Shown piece by piece: positions 30,886 to 42,298 of a stretch of DNA of 64,000 nt. Source of the DNA: Trypanosoma brucei (lineage: Eukaryota). The translations under genes were made by a program, and so were the position numbers. The notes under the pieces are model-generated. The model saw only the letters and a list, made by a program, of their open reading frames with translations. It ran no database searches and was not told where the DNA came from. The first letter of the stretch is position 1; each line of letters begins with the position of its first letter. The stretch lies in contig CH464491.1 in assembly GCA_000002445.1 (NCBI GenBank), positions 320,001-384,000 on the forward strand. Direction: 5' to 3'.

Positions 30886-32232
30886 ATGGTGACCACACAA
30901 CCTAACCAGAGGCGGAAGCAGGGGCGTGCGCATTCTTTGGGTATGGCGTCAGAGCAACGTGAGTATGAAGCCATAATGGCACAAATAAAGAATATCATGC
31001 TACTGGCCAATGAGGAACCACCACAAGGTGAAGATGAGGCCTCCATTGCGAAGCGCATTGACTTGCTTCAACAGGCCCTTGGAGCATTGGAGCAGAGGGC
31101 GAAGGACAACCAACTGATGGTGGAAGTGATGCGGACAAATTTACTGAACAAACGGCAGGAGCGGCTCGTGGAAACGGCTCAGCAGAGACAGGAAAAGTTG
31201 TCCAAGAAGCTAGAGGAAAGAGAAAAGTTTATCCACCTTTTGCAAGAGGACCGTAAGTATATGCTAAGTCAAAAACATGAGGTAGCGGACTCACGAATGG
31301 GTTTGGTGCAAGAGAACGCGTACAACTTGTTCACAACAGCACATGCAAAGGCTGAGGCCGAAAGGCAGCGCAGGGAGAAGGCCGTAGAAAGGATTTATGA
31401 GGAACGGGCGCGTGCGGTAAAGGAACACAGGGACAGAACACAACAGCGCGAAGACCAGAATCGTGAAGCTCTGCTGAGGCAAAAGAAACAGGAGAAGCTC
31501 CAGCGCCGGCAGAGGGAGTTGGAAATTCAAGAGCACGATAAGTACGTGGCGAAACGGCAATACGAAGCGGACAGAAAGCAACAAGAGGCAATGAGGGAGC
31601 AGTGGCAACCGTATTTGCGTAACGGCGCTTCAAGCGCGAATGCCCTGCAACGTTGCGGATCTGGTATGACTGCACATGAGGCTGCGCGTCAGAACCTTAT
31701 GGATGAGTTGAAGGAAAAGGAAAAGCAACACCAGGAACGATACGAAGAAGAGCAGATAACTAGACGTTACGAAATAGAGAGACGGGCCTACAAACATAAG
31801 GAGCGGCAAGAGAGGCAACGCCAGCGATACAGTCAACAGCTGGACGAGAGAATAAAGCGTGGTGACGAAATAATTGCGAAAGCGCAAGAAAAAAAGCGAC
31901 GTGCTGAAAAGGCTCAGGAAAATCGTCAGAAGCAAGAATCAGACGCGGGCGCTGCATTTGCTCGGGACGTAGAGGAACACCGAAAGCGGGCTGAGGCCAT
32001 TCAGTTGCAGCGCCGAGAAAAATTTTTGAGACAGAATTATCTTCGATGGAATGAGCGTGCTGCTCTCGTCATGCAGCATCTGCAGGATGTCTTTCCGCCT
32101 GATGGACGTTGCACACTTTCGGGAGAGAAACCTTGCGGGTTCCTCCCCACGCTTGCTCCATTTCTTGTTAACAAGCGCGGAAATCAGCAACAGAAGAGAG
32201 CTAACACCGTAGGTTCTAACAAGGTTTCATAA
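30886..32232 (+). CDS. Highly charged R/E/K/Q-rich coiled-coil protein (trichohyalin/TPH-like; possibly flagellum or cytoskeleton associated).
   Basis: 448-aa ATG ORF dominated by ERQRREKAVERIYEERARAVKEHRDRTQQRED-type heptads. Confidence 0.45.
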   Translation: MVTTQPNQRRKQGRAHSLGMASEQREYEAIMAQIKNIMLLANEEPPQGEDEASIAKRIDLLQQALGALEQRAKDNQLMVEVMRTNLLNKRQERLVETAQQRQEKLSKKLEEREKFIHLLQEDRKYMLSQKHEVADSRMGLVQENAYNLFTTAHAKAEAERQRREKAVERIYEERARAVKEHRDRTQQREDQNREALLRQKKQEKLQRRQRELEIQEHDKYVAKRQYEADRKQQEAMREQWQPYLRNGASSANALQRCGSGMTAHEAARQNLMDELKEKEKQHQERYEEEQITRRYEIERRAYKHKERQERQRQRYSQQLDERIKRGDEIIAKAQEKKRRAEKAQENRQKQESDAGAAFARDVEEHRKRAEAIQLQRREKFLRQNYLRWNERAALVMQHLQDVFPPDGRCTLSGEKPCGFLPTLAPFLVNKRGNQQQKRANTVGSNKVS

Positions 32233-34559
32233 GCAACCGCGTGGCCGAATGGTGATTTTTCTTTTTTTTTAAAAAAAAAGAGGCATACGTCTCTTGGTGT
32301 TCATTGTAAATAAATAAACGTATATATAAATGTAAATATATGCCACTTTGTTGAAGTGTACTCGTATAAAAGTTTTTTTTGTTTGTGTCTCTTTGCGCGG
32401 GTGTTTTCTTATATATAAACATATACAAATCCTCATGTGTGCACAAGGTGTAGACCTCTTTCAACAGGACGAAAAACGATATACTTTTTATACTTCGTGT
32501 GCCATCATCGATCAAACAAATCAAAAAGGAAAGATGTGGTTTATGCAGCGGGAAGTGGCAAATTTCTTTTTTCGTTTGCTCATTTCTTTAATATTTCAGT
32601 TTAATTGTGTAGGTTATACTGGAATAGAAGGGATTGAAAAGGGAAAAGAAATACATACGAGAGAGGAGGAGTGGTGGAGGTGAACAGGTGTGAATGACAC
32701 AATTTTTTTTTCTAAATTTCTCTTCCACTGTGCTTCAGTAGAGGAGTTAAAAAACGGAAGAAGGGGAGAACATTGTGCATGAAATTATGAGAAGACAAAA
32801 AAGGAAGAAGGAAATACCAGAATAAAATATTTAATTTTTTTTGAAATATACACGCTTATATTTTTTTCCCCCTGTTTTTAAAATCCTACCCCTTTTTTTC
32901 CTATATTTTTCTTTTGCGTGCATGATTGATTTCGCTCACTCCACTTGCGTCTCCCCGTGGATGGAATGGTTGGAAATTTAAAATATTAAGTGAAAACTAA
33001 AGCACAAATACGACATTAAAAGCGCTGGACAAGGTGGAAGGAGAATGAACGTGTGTGTTTGTGTGTGTTGGGTGTCAAAAGATGAAAATTAAGAACAAAA
33101 ACATTACGTATATAACTAATTATAAATATGAACAAATATATAATCATGTATAAACGGATAAATATATGTATTCGAATGTCAAACTAGAAGAGAAGGCAGG
33201 GAAGGTATCCTTATAATTTATTCGTTGGGTGCGGTTGGCGACGTAAGTGTTCGATATCACCTCTCTTCTGCCGCTGCCCATGTGCTTTATTATTTTAGAC
33301 GCGTGCGCCTGCAGGCGCATCATCCGGAAATTATTTTTTAAATTTCCTATTATACTTTACTGCGTTGTTGACGCTGTGGAACAGCAGCCGTCACGCAACT
33401 CGCACACGTTATCTTCTTCTCACTCTTTGGGGGAAAAAAAGGGAAAAGAATTAAAGGAGTAAAGGTGAGAAAGAAGAAAAGAAGAAAGACCTAAACTTTG
33501 GGTACACGTCAGTGATTTTTTTTTTTTAAATTCAAGTTGTTGTTGCTTTTGTTGGTTCCTTTTGCTAATGAACGGGAGCGGATATGCCATATCATCTTTT
33601 ATTGCGTTTCTGCTTTTATTGTGCTCGGTTGCTCGTTGGAGTGGGGCACATTGAGCGGCGTTTAATATGCTGTCAGTAGAGAGAAGGAAATAAAGAAAAA
33701 CGAAGGGGAGAAAATAAGAAACGAAAGAAAAGGATATAAAATAGCAAATGGATACCCGCATGGTAATCATTTGTCCCTCGTGTTTGTGTGCACGAATTTA
33801 TACTTTTTTTTTGCGCGTTATCATCGTTTTGTTATGCGTTGGTGGGTGCGCATGAATAGAGAGAGAAAAGGAAACGATGCGTGTACTCGTGTAAAAGTGA
33901 GGATGACTCATCTAATCCCACGTATTTACTTCAATATATTACACCACAAGTGTGATTTTCTCCCCCCCCTTTTTAAAAAATTCCTTTATTGTTATACGCC
34001 CTTCTTTTTTTTCTTTTTACTCAACCAACTTCTCGCTTATCGAGACGACAGCTCTTTATGTTTTTGTGTTTGTATTGTATTATTACCTCAATACATGCAA
34101 TCTATTCTATTTATCATCTTCTCTTCTTTTCTTTTTTTTTTCGTGTTGTGTGTTTAATCGAATTGGAGCGTTTTTGCATGCACATCGCCCCCTTTTCCCT
34201 TCTTTTCTTTTTTTTTTGCTTTACTTCTTTTCTTTAGTCCTTCTCTTCTACCGTCACGATCATTCCCCCTCTCTTGTTATTTACTGGGGGAGGGAAACTG
34301 CCGCAGTTGATGATAAAGGGTGCAAGGAGCGAAATAAATTAACATATATATATATATATGTTTATACGCCTACCTGTAATGTATATGTATGTATACCCAC
34401 ATCACACTCTTTTTTTGTTGCTTTTGGTGATGCGCTTGTTAACCGCAATATGCGAATGGATATGCCCTCTTCTGGTGCTCTTTTAGAGCCTTTGTTCTTT
34501 CTCTCACTTTCTTACAAATCATTGAAATTTTTGGTTTATTATTATGCAAGTACTTGTTT

Positions 34560-34662
34560 GTTTTTTTCACTTCCCTCATTTCTCATCGGACAGTTGCGTT
34601 TGCATTCTTTTCTTTTCTTTTTTTCTTAATTGTATTCCCCCCTCCCCCTTGGCACTGAAGTT
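34560..34662 (+). promoter_or_regulatory. Example poly-pyrimidine tract plus AG, a putative spliced-leader trans-splice acceptor region, upstream of the membrane-protein CDS.
   Basis: ttttttttcacttccctcatttctc...tttcttttcttttttttcttaattgtattcccccctcccccttggcactgaag precedes the first ATG at 34693. Comparable tracts precede every CDS in the window. Confidence 0.4.
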
Positions 34663-34692
34663 AGTGTATGGGAGGAAATAGTTGAGAATACA

Positions 34693-35940
34693 ATGAGTCA
34701 CACAATGACAAATGCTTCTACTCTCATGAGCATAACAGTTTGCGACCCCAACATGAAAGGTACAGGATTGGAAATGGAATGTTTACGTCCATCCATGCAC
34801 ATTCCCGAACTGGTGCTCATTCCTCCCATTTATGTGTTGATAATATCGGGGTTTCTTTGCACTTTAGTTAATGCCTTCTTCAACTACGTGTCTTTCGGGC
34901 GGAGCAGCATCACAACCGCTATGGAAAAACACACTCGTGTGAAAATGCTTATTCACCATTCACTTATCGTCCGAGATATGGAGGGGCACACCAGCGTGTC
35001 GAGGAGGGACAATATTTACAATGAAACTGATCATCTACTAACTCATAGTAATGTTAGCGTAGACCATAATGACAGCGCTGTTTTCTTTCAGGGAATATTA
35101 AATTCTGATGCTTTAGGGTTCGAATCACCAAGAGTTCCCGCCTCCGTGGCGGACGAGGCGCTATATGGTTCGTTGGAATGTATCCGACGCGTAGGACAGC
35201 AAATTGTATTTTCACACAACCCCAAGTATATGATCATATCGATCACGAAAAGTTTGGTGATGCTCTTGGTGTTACAATACCATTTTGACTACAATGGAGG
35301 GTGGGACAGGTTTGTAGTGTGTACGGCTGCGAACTTGATGAGTGGTTTGCTTACTCCCGTTTTGGAGTATGGTGCCGAGTTCCTGTTACAACTCGACCCC
35401 GATAGCAATCTAAAGGTTGCTCAGGAGCACGATGAATTGGATGATGTGGTACTTATTTCGAGAATACTCACGCGGATCGGTGAATTCAAGTTGGAAGACC
35501 TTGAAACGGTTTTGGTGCAGGGCTGTACATTTATTGTCTTTGGTGCGGTTCTCCTGCCTCCGGTATTTGTCTTTTGTTTGGTGGGTGCTGCTATGTTTTT
35601 GTGGTTGTTCGGACCGTTGTGGTTCGCTTACGGATACTTCCGTCACCTTTACTATAAGCCAAGGCAAAGCAAAGGGTTGTCATCTCCGAATGCCCGCGGG
35701 TGGCTGCGTATTACCCCATTCCGTGAACTTGCGAGGATAGTGTTATTAAAAGCAGTGACGTTGTTTTTACTTCAGTGGACAGTTCAATGCAGTTTTTTGC
35801 TCGGTTTGATGTTGTTGCAAGGTGAAAGCTATTTGAAGGCTCTCCATTTAGAGGTGAAACATCAGTTATGGAGATGGAATAACCCTCTGAAGATGGGTGG
35901 TTTCCGACTTCTTTGCCTTGTCAGCCAACTTTTGTTTTAG
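34693..35940 (+). CDS. Hypothetical polytopic membrane protein.
   Basis: The ORF has several hydrophobic helices: LVLIPPIYVLIISGFLCTLVNAFF, VFGAVLLPPVFVFCLVGAAMFLWLFGPLWFAYGYF and VTLFLLQWTVQCSFLLGLMLL. The first ATG is 34693, after a C/T tract and AG. The ORF-track start at 34630 is TTG. Confidence 0.45.
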   Translation: MSHTMTNASTLMSITVCDPNMKGTGLEMECLRPSMHIPELVLIPPIYVLIISGFLCTLVNAFFNYVSFGRSSITTAMEKHTRVKMLIHHSLIVRDMEGHTSVSRRDNIYNETDHLLTHSNVSVDHNDSAVFFQGILNSDALGFESPRVPASVADEALYGSLECIRRVGQQIVFSHNPKYMIISITKSLVMLLVLQYHFDYNGGWDRFVVCTAANLMSGLLTPVLEYGAEFLLQLDPDSNLKVAQEHDELDDVVLISRILTRIGEFKLEDLETVLVQGCTFIVFGAVLLPPVFVFCLVGAAMFLWLFGPLWFAYGYFRHLYYKPRQSKGLSSPNARGWLRITPFRELARIVLLKAVTLFLLQWTVQCSFLLGLMLLQGESYLKALHLEVKHQLWRWNNPLKMGGFRLLCLVSQLLF

Positions 35941-36178
35941 GTGTACCGCACTGCACTGGTGGCTTTTGTGTACCAGTACGTAAACCGGTACAAATTTCCC
36001 GGTTTTCCAAATCACTTCTTCATTTTGTGAAGCATAGTTGCCTGTTGCGCTTCGCTCTTCCCTTTGAATGGTTGGCGATATTGTGACACGTTTCTGTAAC
36101 TTTCATTGCTGCTTTCTCCGCTTTCTTATATCTACTGTAAAGCATCCGCAATTTTTTTTTTGGTGCTACTGATTTCCC

Positions 36179-38803
36179 ATGCGGCGTTGGCACCGTTCAC
36201 TGAATCCTGCACTTTTCGGTGAGCGCGGGTCGGGCCATTATTTTTCGACCACGAGGGCCCGCCTTCAGCTTCAAGCACAAGACCGCATCATTTGTGGAAC
36301 GCATGGCGCCGGAATTGTGGCTCATCAAACTGCAGTTAATTCTTCGGATAATCCCATGCTTAGTTCCGTTACTACTGCTGCTCCTGCTGCGGATTTGAGT
36401 CGGACGAAACCACATGAAGGTACCGGCACTAGTGAGAGAGACCCTTACATCCGCACCCTTCACAATCAGCGGAGCGCGGCGCCCGAAAGCTCCGTATTGC
36501 AGTCGCACACGGTGAATGCCCCAACGGTGGATGAGTGCGAGATGCTTGCAGAAAGGTGGGGAACCATGAACTATTGGCATAACGATACATTTCCGCGCCT
36601 TGTGGTGCTCTTAAAGAAGTTGTTAGTCCCTGACGTGTCTCCACTTTCGCCCACTGCGGAGTCACTTTTGTCAATGTTCGAGAAGGTTGTGATACCAAAG
36701 CTAACATCGGATGAGGAAGACAGACGGAAACTTGTTTCCTTGTGGTCTGAAACGACACTGCAAGCTGAGGCAGCAGTCACAAAATTCTTATTTCAACGAG
36801 GGTCGTTTGAGTCAATGTTGCACCGCATAATCACCGATGCACTAGAGAAGATGAGCACCTTAGCGCTTGGTGGTCAGGAAGGGAATTTGGCACTGGAAGC
36901 CTTGAAGCGCCAAACACTATTCAAGCGGAACGATTTCATTCAAAAGCGATTGATTGATGTAGTGAGTAACAGTGCTTACCTTGGGTATGGTGATTCAGTA
37001 TGGCAAGTTTTTTTTGCAGCCGTGGAGGCAAATGAGGAAAACTTGCTCAGCGACCGGGCCACCACAGATGCCATTCGTGCCGCCTGGGAGGGAGTTATGC
37101 GAGAAGATGTTGTTCGTCTGCCGGATGTCACTGGAGTTGTAGCACTGTATCTCACGCTCGTATGCATTAGGGAAAGTGGACGCCTCGTTCCGGTGGAACT
37201 AAAGGAACTTTCCTCTGGTTTGGAAGATGGCGTTCGACCCGGCGTGAGAAAACTGCAGCAATATCCTCTGATTTTCCTTCATCCTACGGTAAAGCGTCGG
37301 TTTGTTGTAAAGGCTGTTGCTGAGATTCTCCACAATTCATCTTCAAATGCTTTCTCGAATATGCTTCGGGAAAATGGTTTACATGATACAGCTCGAGAAG
37401 TTGCGCTATGCGAGGCCATGAACAGGAACAAAGAACTTGCTGAAGGCGATGTTGGTGACGCCGTAGGCCGCTTTGTAAGTAAGGGTGAGGTCAAGACACT
37501 GCTTTCATCCCTCGTCAGTGGTACGGACGCCGTTGTGCGTGATGCAGTTGCCGGTATCTTTGGTATAGGCACCACAATCACCATTGATTGGGACGCCGTT
37601 ATGCAAAATGTTGACTGGTCGAACAACTGGCAGCGGCTGGCTACTGCTTTGCTTAGTAATTCAGCTGTTTTGTCGGCAATCGTCAAACTCGTGAAGAATG
37701 CGATTGGTGCTAAGGGAATGTCGAAGCATCTATTTACTGATGAGTATGCAGACCAGTTGCAACTTATTTTGGATGCTCGCGAAGAAAGAGCGGCGTCAAG
37801 GAAACAGAGGATCGAAAACATCGCTCAAGAACTCTCTTCCTTTGAGAGGGTCGATTTGAGTTGTGACCTTCTCCGGAAACTGGGTGTCGATATGACAGAG
37901 TTGGACACGGCAGCCGCGGCAACGCGGAACATGAATGTTGTGCAGAGACCATGCATAGAAGACGGTCTGCTTTCACTCGTGTTGGAAGCTGTGACTAAGC
38001 GCCACCCGAATTGGGTGAAGGCGGGAGTTATACAGACGACTCTCAAAGACCCATTTGACGCGCTGCGGTGGATGATGCACATTTTTATTCGTCTTTCGTA
38101 CGTTCCGCATGCTGGTGCAGCGACCATCGCGCGACTTTCTCGACGCCGCATTGGACCAATTGGGTTGGAACCGCATCAGTTCAACGTCCCTGCGGAACTT
38201 GGTTTCGTAGAGCAGTACGACAATTTGCAGTACAAACGGTACGATTGGCAGGGATGGTACCAGCGCATGTTAGATGTGCACAACCGAAACGTATCGCTAC
38301 GCTGCCGGATTTGCGACTTGCAACGTCTGGACGGCAACGGCGTGCAGTTTGTTGACATGCAGACGGAGCGTAGATTGCGTATATTAGCACAACATCGGGT
38401 TGGAATGGGTGTGCTTAAGTTGGACGCTGATAAATATGAGGATCAGGCGGATAACGTAACCTTCGGCACAACAAAACTATCAGAACTTCTTGCTGATGCC
38501 CGCAAAGCTCAGCTGGGTGAAGAGTACTGGCCTTCCGTCGAGCTGAAGGTGCGCAAACCAAGTGGACAGAGTAAAGCGCACTATTCACTCATTGACAATG
38601 AACGGATTGAGAAACGGAGTAGGGAACTCTACGAAAAGTACCGTGACGCCAAGAAGCGTAGTCTGTTCGTAACACCCATGGAAACATGGTTGGAAGTGAA
38701 GGGAATGCAGGTAAGGAAGTCAGTGGATAATGCCGACGAAGATGGGTACACTCTCGATGCACTTCAAGATATGATGGATGGGGACGACGAGGACAAGGTT
38801 TAA
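36179..38803 (+). CDS. Large hypothetical protein with an N-terminal Arg-rich, acid-free presequence (mitochondrial-targeting-like).
   Basis: 874-aa ATG ORF. The N-terminus is MRRWHRSLNPALFGERGSGHYFSTTRARLQLQ. There is no recognisable catalytic motif. Confidence 0.5.
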   Translation: MRRWHRSLNPALFGERGSGHYFSTTRARLQLQAQDRIICGTHGAGIVAHQTAVNSSDNPMLSSVTTAAPAADLSRTKPHEGTGTSERDPYIRTLHNQRSAAPESSVLQSHTVNAPTVDECEMLAERWGTMNYWHNDTFPRLVVLLKKLLVPDVSPLSPTAESLLSMFEKVVIPKLTSDEEDRRKLVSLWSETTLQAEAAVTKFLFQRGSFESMLHRIITDALEKMSTLALGGQEGNLALEALKRQTLFKRNDFIQKRLIDVVSNSAYLGYGDSVWQVFFAAVEANEENLLSDRATTDAIRAAWEGVMREDVVRLPDVTGVVALYLTLVCIRESGRLVPVELKELSSGLEDGVRPGVRKLQQYPLIFLHPTVKRRFVVKAVAEILHNSSSNAFSNMLRENGLHDTAREVALCEAMNRNKELAEGDVGDAVGRFVSKGEVKTLLSSLVSGTDAVVRDAVAGIFGIGTTITIDWDAVMQNVDWSNNWQRLATALLSNSAVLSAIVKLVKNAIGAKGMSKHLFTDEYADQLQLILDAREERAASRKQRIENIAQELSSFERVDLSCDLLRKLGVDMTELDTAAAATRNMNVVQRPCIEDGLLSLVLEAVTKRHPNWVKAGVIQTTLKDPFDALRWMMHIFIRLSYVPHAGAATIARLSRRRIGPIGLEPHQFNVPAELGFVEQYDNLQYKRYDWQGWYQRMLDVHNRNVSLRCRICDLQRLDGNGVQFVDMQTERRLRILAQHRVGMGVLKLDADKYEDQADNVTFGTTKLSELLADARKAQLGEEYWPSVELKVRKPSGQSKAHYSLIDNERIEKRSRELYEKYRDAKKRSLFVTPMETWLEVKGMQVRKSVDNADEDGYTLDALQDMMDGDDEDKV

Positions 38804-39412
38804 ACAGCTTTGTTGAGGTCTCCATTATCTAGTTGAGAGATTTTTTATCGTAATAGTGTAGTCATTATACGCAGTTTATATTTGTTTCCCCTCCCCCAGA
38901 GGTTTATGTGTAATGGTCACACGACAGGAGAGCACAACGTCTGTGCGAATATATGGTGTACTGTTCCCGTTGGAGCAGTTGTTGGGAGACAGAGAAGTGC
39001 TACGGAAAGGAAAGGGGTCACACTCTGGAAGTCGAAAATGAAGTAAGTACCTTCATTGTCTATGGTTTGAAGGTGGTGGATGAGTGGGATCTGTCCCCCC
39101 TTGTCGCCTTGTACGTGGGGATTTTCTTGCCACTATTTCACACAGTCTTTTTTTTTGCCTTTACCTGAGATACTTGGTTGCCTCTTCTACATTGAATACT
39201 GTTCCGCGGTTGAATAGTAAAGACGCAGTCGAAGTGGGCTTCAATAGTGTCATCAGTTACTAAGCGATCATCTTGCTTACAATATCGGAAACATCTCCGA
39301 CTGAAGCCAACACAGACAGAAAAGGCTCGGCGTATCGTGAATACCATTGTGACTCTTATTTACGGCCGCTTCAGTCTACATCGGCAGTCTTCAACGTTGA
39401 GACGTGCCAGTA

Positions 39413-42298
39413 ATGGAGGAGAACAACGCAACTACAGGGCAGAAGCGAAGGCGCAGAAAAAACAAACGAGGACGGGAAGCTCAGCGGCCCACTGATTCAG
39501 ATGAACTCCAGCCTCTCGTTTCCTATGGTTCGTTGGCACAAACTCCCCTCTTAGCGGAAGAGCAGTCAGTGGGAGCAGTGAGCTTGAGCGCGCAGACGGC
39601 TGCTGCACCTTCCCCTGTCGTTGTGCCGGAGTTTACGGAAGCCGCTAAGAGTTCACCAAGTAGTGTTCAATTGCTGGGTGGTAGTACTGTCGCTCTGGTC
39701 GATAAGACGGTGGAAAGCCACTTCAGCCTCCACGGCCTTCCGTGTGCATCGTGCGCTTCGCATATTGAATCTCACATCGGTGAAATGGGTGGTGTGGCGC
39801 AAGTTACTGTGAACTTTGCATCTTCTCATGCTGTCGTCGTCCACAATCCTCATGTGGTGGGGGCAAGTCGCATCACGGAGGAAATGGAAGCAATGGGATA
39901 CACCGCTGTACTGATCTCCGCCCATTCAGACGATGCCGAACAGTTAGATAACTTGGGGGTGAGGGAATTTGAGCTGCTCATTGGTGGAATGACTTGTGGT
40001 TCATGCGTTTCAAGAGTGCAGTCGGCTCTTCTGGAGATCGATGTCGTGAAAAGCTGCACGATTAACTTTTCGACAGGTACCTGTAAATTAACTATGACCG
40101 GGGGTCGCGACTCTCTGAACTGCGTACAAGAAGAGGTGAAAAAGCTGGGTTACACTGCAACACCTTTGGAGGAGCGAGGGTCGGGAAATGCAGTGGATGT
40201 TATGAAAGAAGCTCTTGAGCGAACGAAGGAAATTCAGGCCCATAAGCGTGCCTTTGTCTTATCCGCCGTTTTGGCGACGCCGCTAGCTGTCTTTATGATC
40301 TTGATGACTGTCACCAAGTACTTCGAGGACATTACTACCATGGTCATCGTCAACACTATTCAACTATACCTCGCAACACCCATCGTTTTTTACTGTGGTT
40401 CTGGTTTCTTTTCTCGCGCGTGGGTTAATCTGAAACACCGTACGTTTACAATGGATACGTTAGTTGCCCTCGGCGCAGGCTGTTCCTATCTTTATTCGGT
40501 GGCGGGGCTGATCACAATGTTTTTAATGAAGCGGCACGTTACAACATATTTTGACACAGCGGGGATGTTAGTGGCTTTTATGTTACTCGGCCGCTACCTG
40601 GAGGCGTACGCTAAGCGTCATACTAATGATGCTCTCATTAAGCTCATGAACCTTGTTCCACCGACGTCACTTGTTGTCACTCCCGCAGGTGATGTTTCGA
40701 TGCCGTCCTCGACTGTAAAAAAGGGAATGCGAGTTCGCGTGCTCGCCGGTGACCGCGTTCCAGTTGACGGCGTACTTGTGGAAGGAAATTCCGACGTCGA
40801 TGAGCAGATGGTAACTGGAGAATCAGTGCCAAAACCTGTAAGTGCTGGCGGGACTGTTGTTGGTGGTACCACGAACCTCACGGCCATGATCGTCATAGAG
40901 GCAACAAAGGTTGGTGAGGAGGCCGTGTTGTCCCAAATCCTTCGCGTAGTTCGGGAGGCCCAGAACAGTAAACCGGCTATTCAGCGGATTGCCGACAAGG
41001 TTGCAGCCCGATTTGTTCCCGCTGTTATTATCTTTTCCCTGGTTGTCTTAGCGGTTTGGTTACTTCTTGGGGCTTTCAACCTTTACCCGAGTGAGTGGCG
41101 TGGAAACAATGAATCGACAACGGTCTTTGCGTTTGACTTCTTCATTGCGACGATTGTCGCAGCCTGCCCTTGCGCCCTTGGCTTGGCAACGCCTACGGCC
41201 ATTATGGTGGGAACTGGTGTTGGGGCAAAACATGGAATACTGGTTAAATGTGGGATGACTCTCGAGGCTATGCGCCGCACTCGCTGCGTTGTGTTTGACA
41301 AAACGGGAACCATTACGAACGGTACCTTGTGCGTTGTATTCCAAAGGCGCTGGGGTAATGGCGCCGATGCAGCAGTTGACGCGGTAGGGGCAGTTGAACA
41401 ACGGTCGAATCACCCAATCTCTCGAGCAATCGCGGTTTGCGTTGCCTCTGATCCTAAAAGTCAAGTAGCCGCCTATGAAGTAGTGACTTCCACGGTACAC
41501 AGCGGCCTCGGTGTGAAGGCAACGGTACAACGCAAGGACAGCGGTCACCAACTTAACGTTTTCATTGGTAACATGGACATGATGTTGAGTTCCGGTATTG
41601 ATGTTTCTGGGGAAGTGGCTAAGGTTGTGCGTTGGCAGATGGGGCTTGGCCGAACAGTCACTCTCGCTGCCGTTGATGGAAGCGTACGATTTCTTGCTGC
41701 TCTGGCAGATGAGCCAAAGGCAGAAGCTGCTGGTGTCATTCGATTCTTAAAGCGACAAAACATTCGTGTTTTCATGGTAACAGGCGACAATCCCGGCGTC
41801 GCAGCGGCTGTAGCGCAAGCAGTGGGGATTTCTCAGGAGGATGTCTATGCAGGTGCCCTTCCTGTCACCAAGGCTGCTGTTGTGAAGGCGTTTCAGGAGG
41901 AATATCGGGATGTTGTGTTTGTGGGCGATGGAATAAATGACGGCCCAGCACTGGCGCAAGCGAGTGTGGGTGTTGCCCTTGGTGCGGGTACTGAAATTGC
42001 CATTGAAGCTGCCGATGCGGTGCTGGTGCGAAACAGTTTAGTTGACTTGCTAAATCTTCGAGCACTTTCCATTACAACAGTGCGCCATGTTTACGGTAAT
42101 TTTATGTGGGCCTTTGGCTACAACGTGTTGATCCTCCCACTAGCAAGCGGGATGTTGTATCCTTTTCTGCACGTAAGGGTGCCCCCTGTCGTCGCCGGGG
42201 TTGCAATGATTCTTTCGAGCCTTAGTGTGCTTATGTCTAGCCTTTCCATTCGCTGTTTCTCACCTTACAAACGGGAACAGTTCATTGATATCATTTAG
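39413..42298 (+). CDS. Copper-transporting P1B-type ATPase (ATP7/CopA-like).
   Basis: Two N-terminal HMA domains (GLPCASCASHIE; GMTCGSCVSRVQ). It has the TM CPC motif (ACPCALGLATPTA, ~41160), the DKTGTIT phosphorylation site (~41296) and TGDN and GDGINDGPALAQASVGVALG hinge motifs. Confidence 0.9.
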   Translation: MEENNATTGQKRRRRKNKRGREAQRPTDSDELQPLVSYGSLAQTPLLAEEQSVGAVSLSAQTAAAPSPVVVPEFTEAAKSSPSSVQLLGGSTVALVDKTVESHFSLHGLPCASCASHIESHIGEMGGVAQVTVNFASSHAVVVHNPHVVGASRITEEMEAMGYTAVLISAHSDDAEQLDNLGVREFELLIGGMTCGSCVSRVQSALLEIDVVKSCTINFSTGTCKLTMTGGRDSLNCVQEEVKKLGYTATPLEERGSGNAVDVMKEALERTKEIQAHKRAFVLSAVLATPLAVFMILMTVTKYFEDITTMVIVNTIQLYLATPIVFYCGSGFFSRAWVNLKHRTFTMDTLVALGAGCSYLYSVAGLITMFLMKRHVTTYFDTAGMLVAFMLLGRYLEAYAKRHTNDALIKLMNLVPPTSLVVTPAGDVSMPSSTVKKGMRVRVLAGDRVPVDGVLVEGNSDVDEQMVTGESVPKPVSAGGTVVGGTTNLTAMIVIEATKVGEEAVLSQILRVVREAQNSKPAIQRIADKVAARFVPAVIIFSLVVLAVWLLLGAFNLYPSEWRGNNESTTVFAFDFFIATIVAACPCALGLATPTAIMVGTGVGAKHGILVKCGMTLEAMRRTRCVVFDKTGTITNGTLCVVFQRRWGNGADAAVDAVGAVEQRSNHPISRAIAVCVASDPKSQVAAYEVVTSTVHSGLGVKATVQRKDSGHQLNVFIGNMDMMLSSGIDVSGEVAKVVRWQMGLGRTVTLAAVDGSVRFLAALADEPKAEAAGVIRFLKRQNIRVFMVTGDNPGVAAAVAQAVGISQEDVYAGALPVTKAAVVKAFQEEYRDVVFVGDGINDGPALAQASVGVALGAGTEIAIEAADAVLVRNSLVDLLNLRALSITTVRHVYGNFMWAFGYNVLILPLASGMLYPFLHVRVPPVVAGVAMILSSLSVLMSSLSIRCFSPYKREQFIDII

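Noticed and set aside
33952-34629. 225-aa + ORF (MIFSPPFLKNSFIVIRPSFFSF...) and the neighbouring 33771..34157 ORF.
   Set aside because: These are translations of T/C-rich spacer sequence (F/L/S homopolymeric peptides) with no codon structure. They form the poly-pyrimidine region upstream of the next gene.
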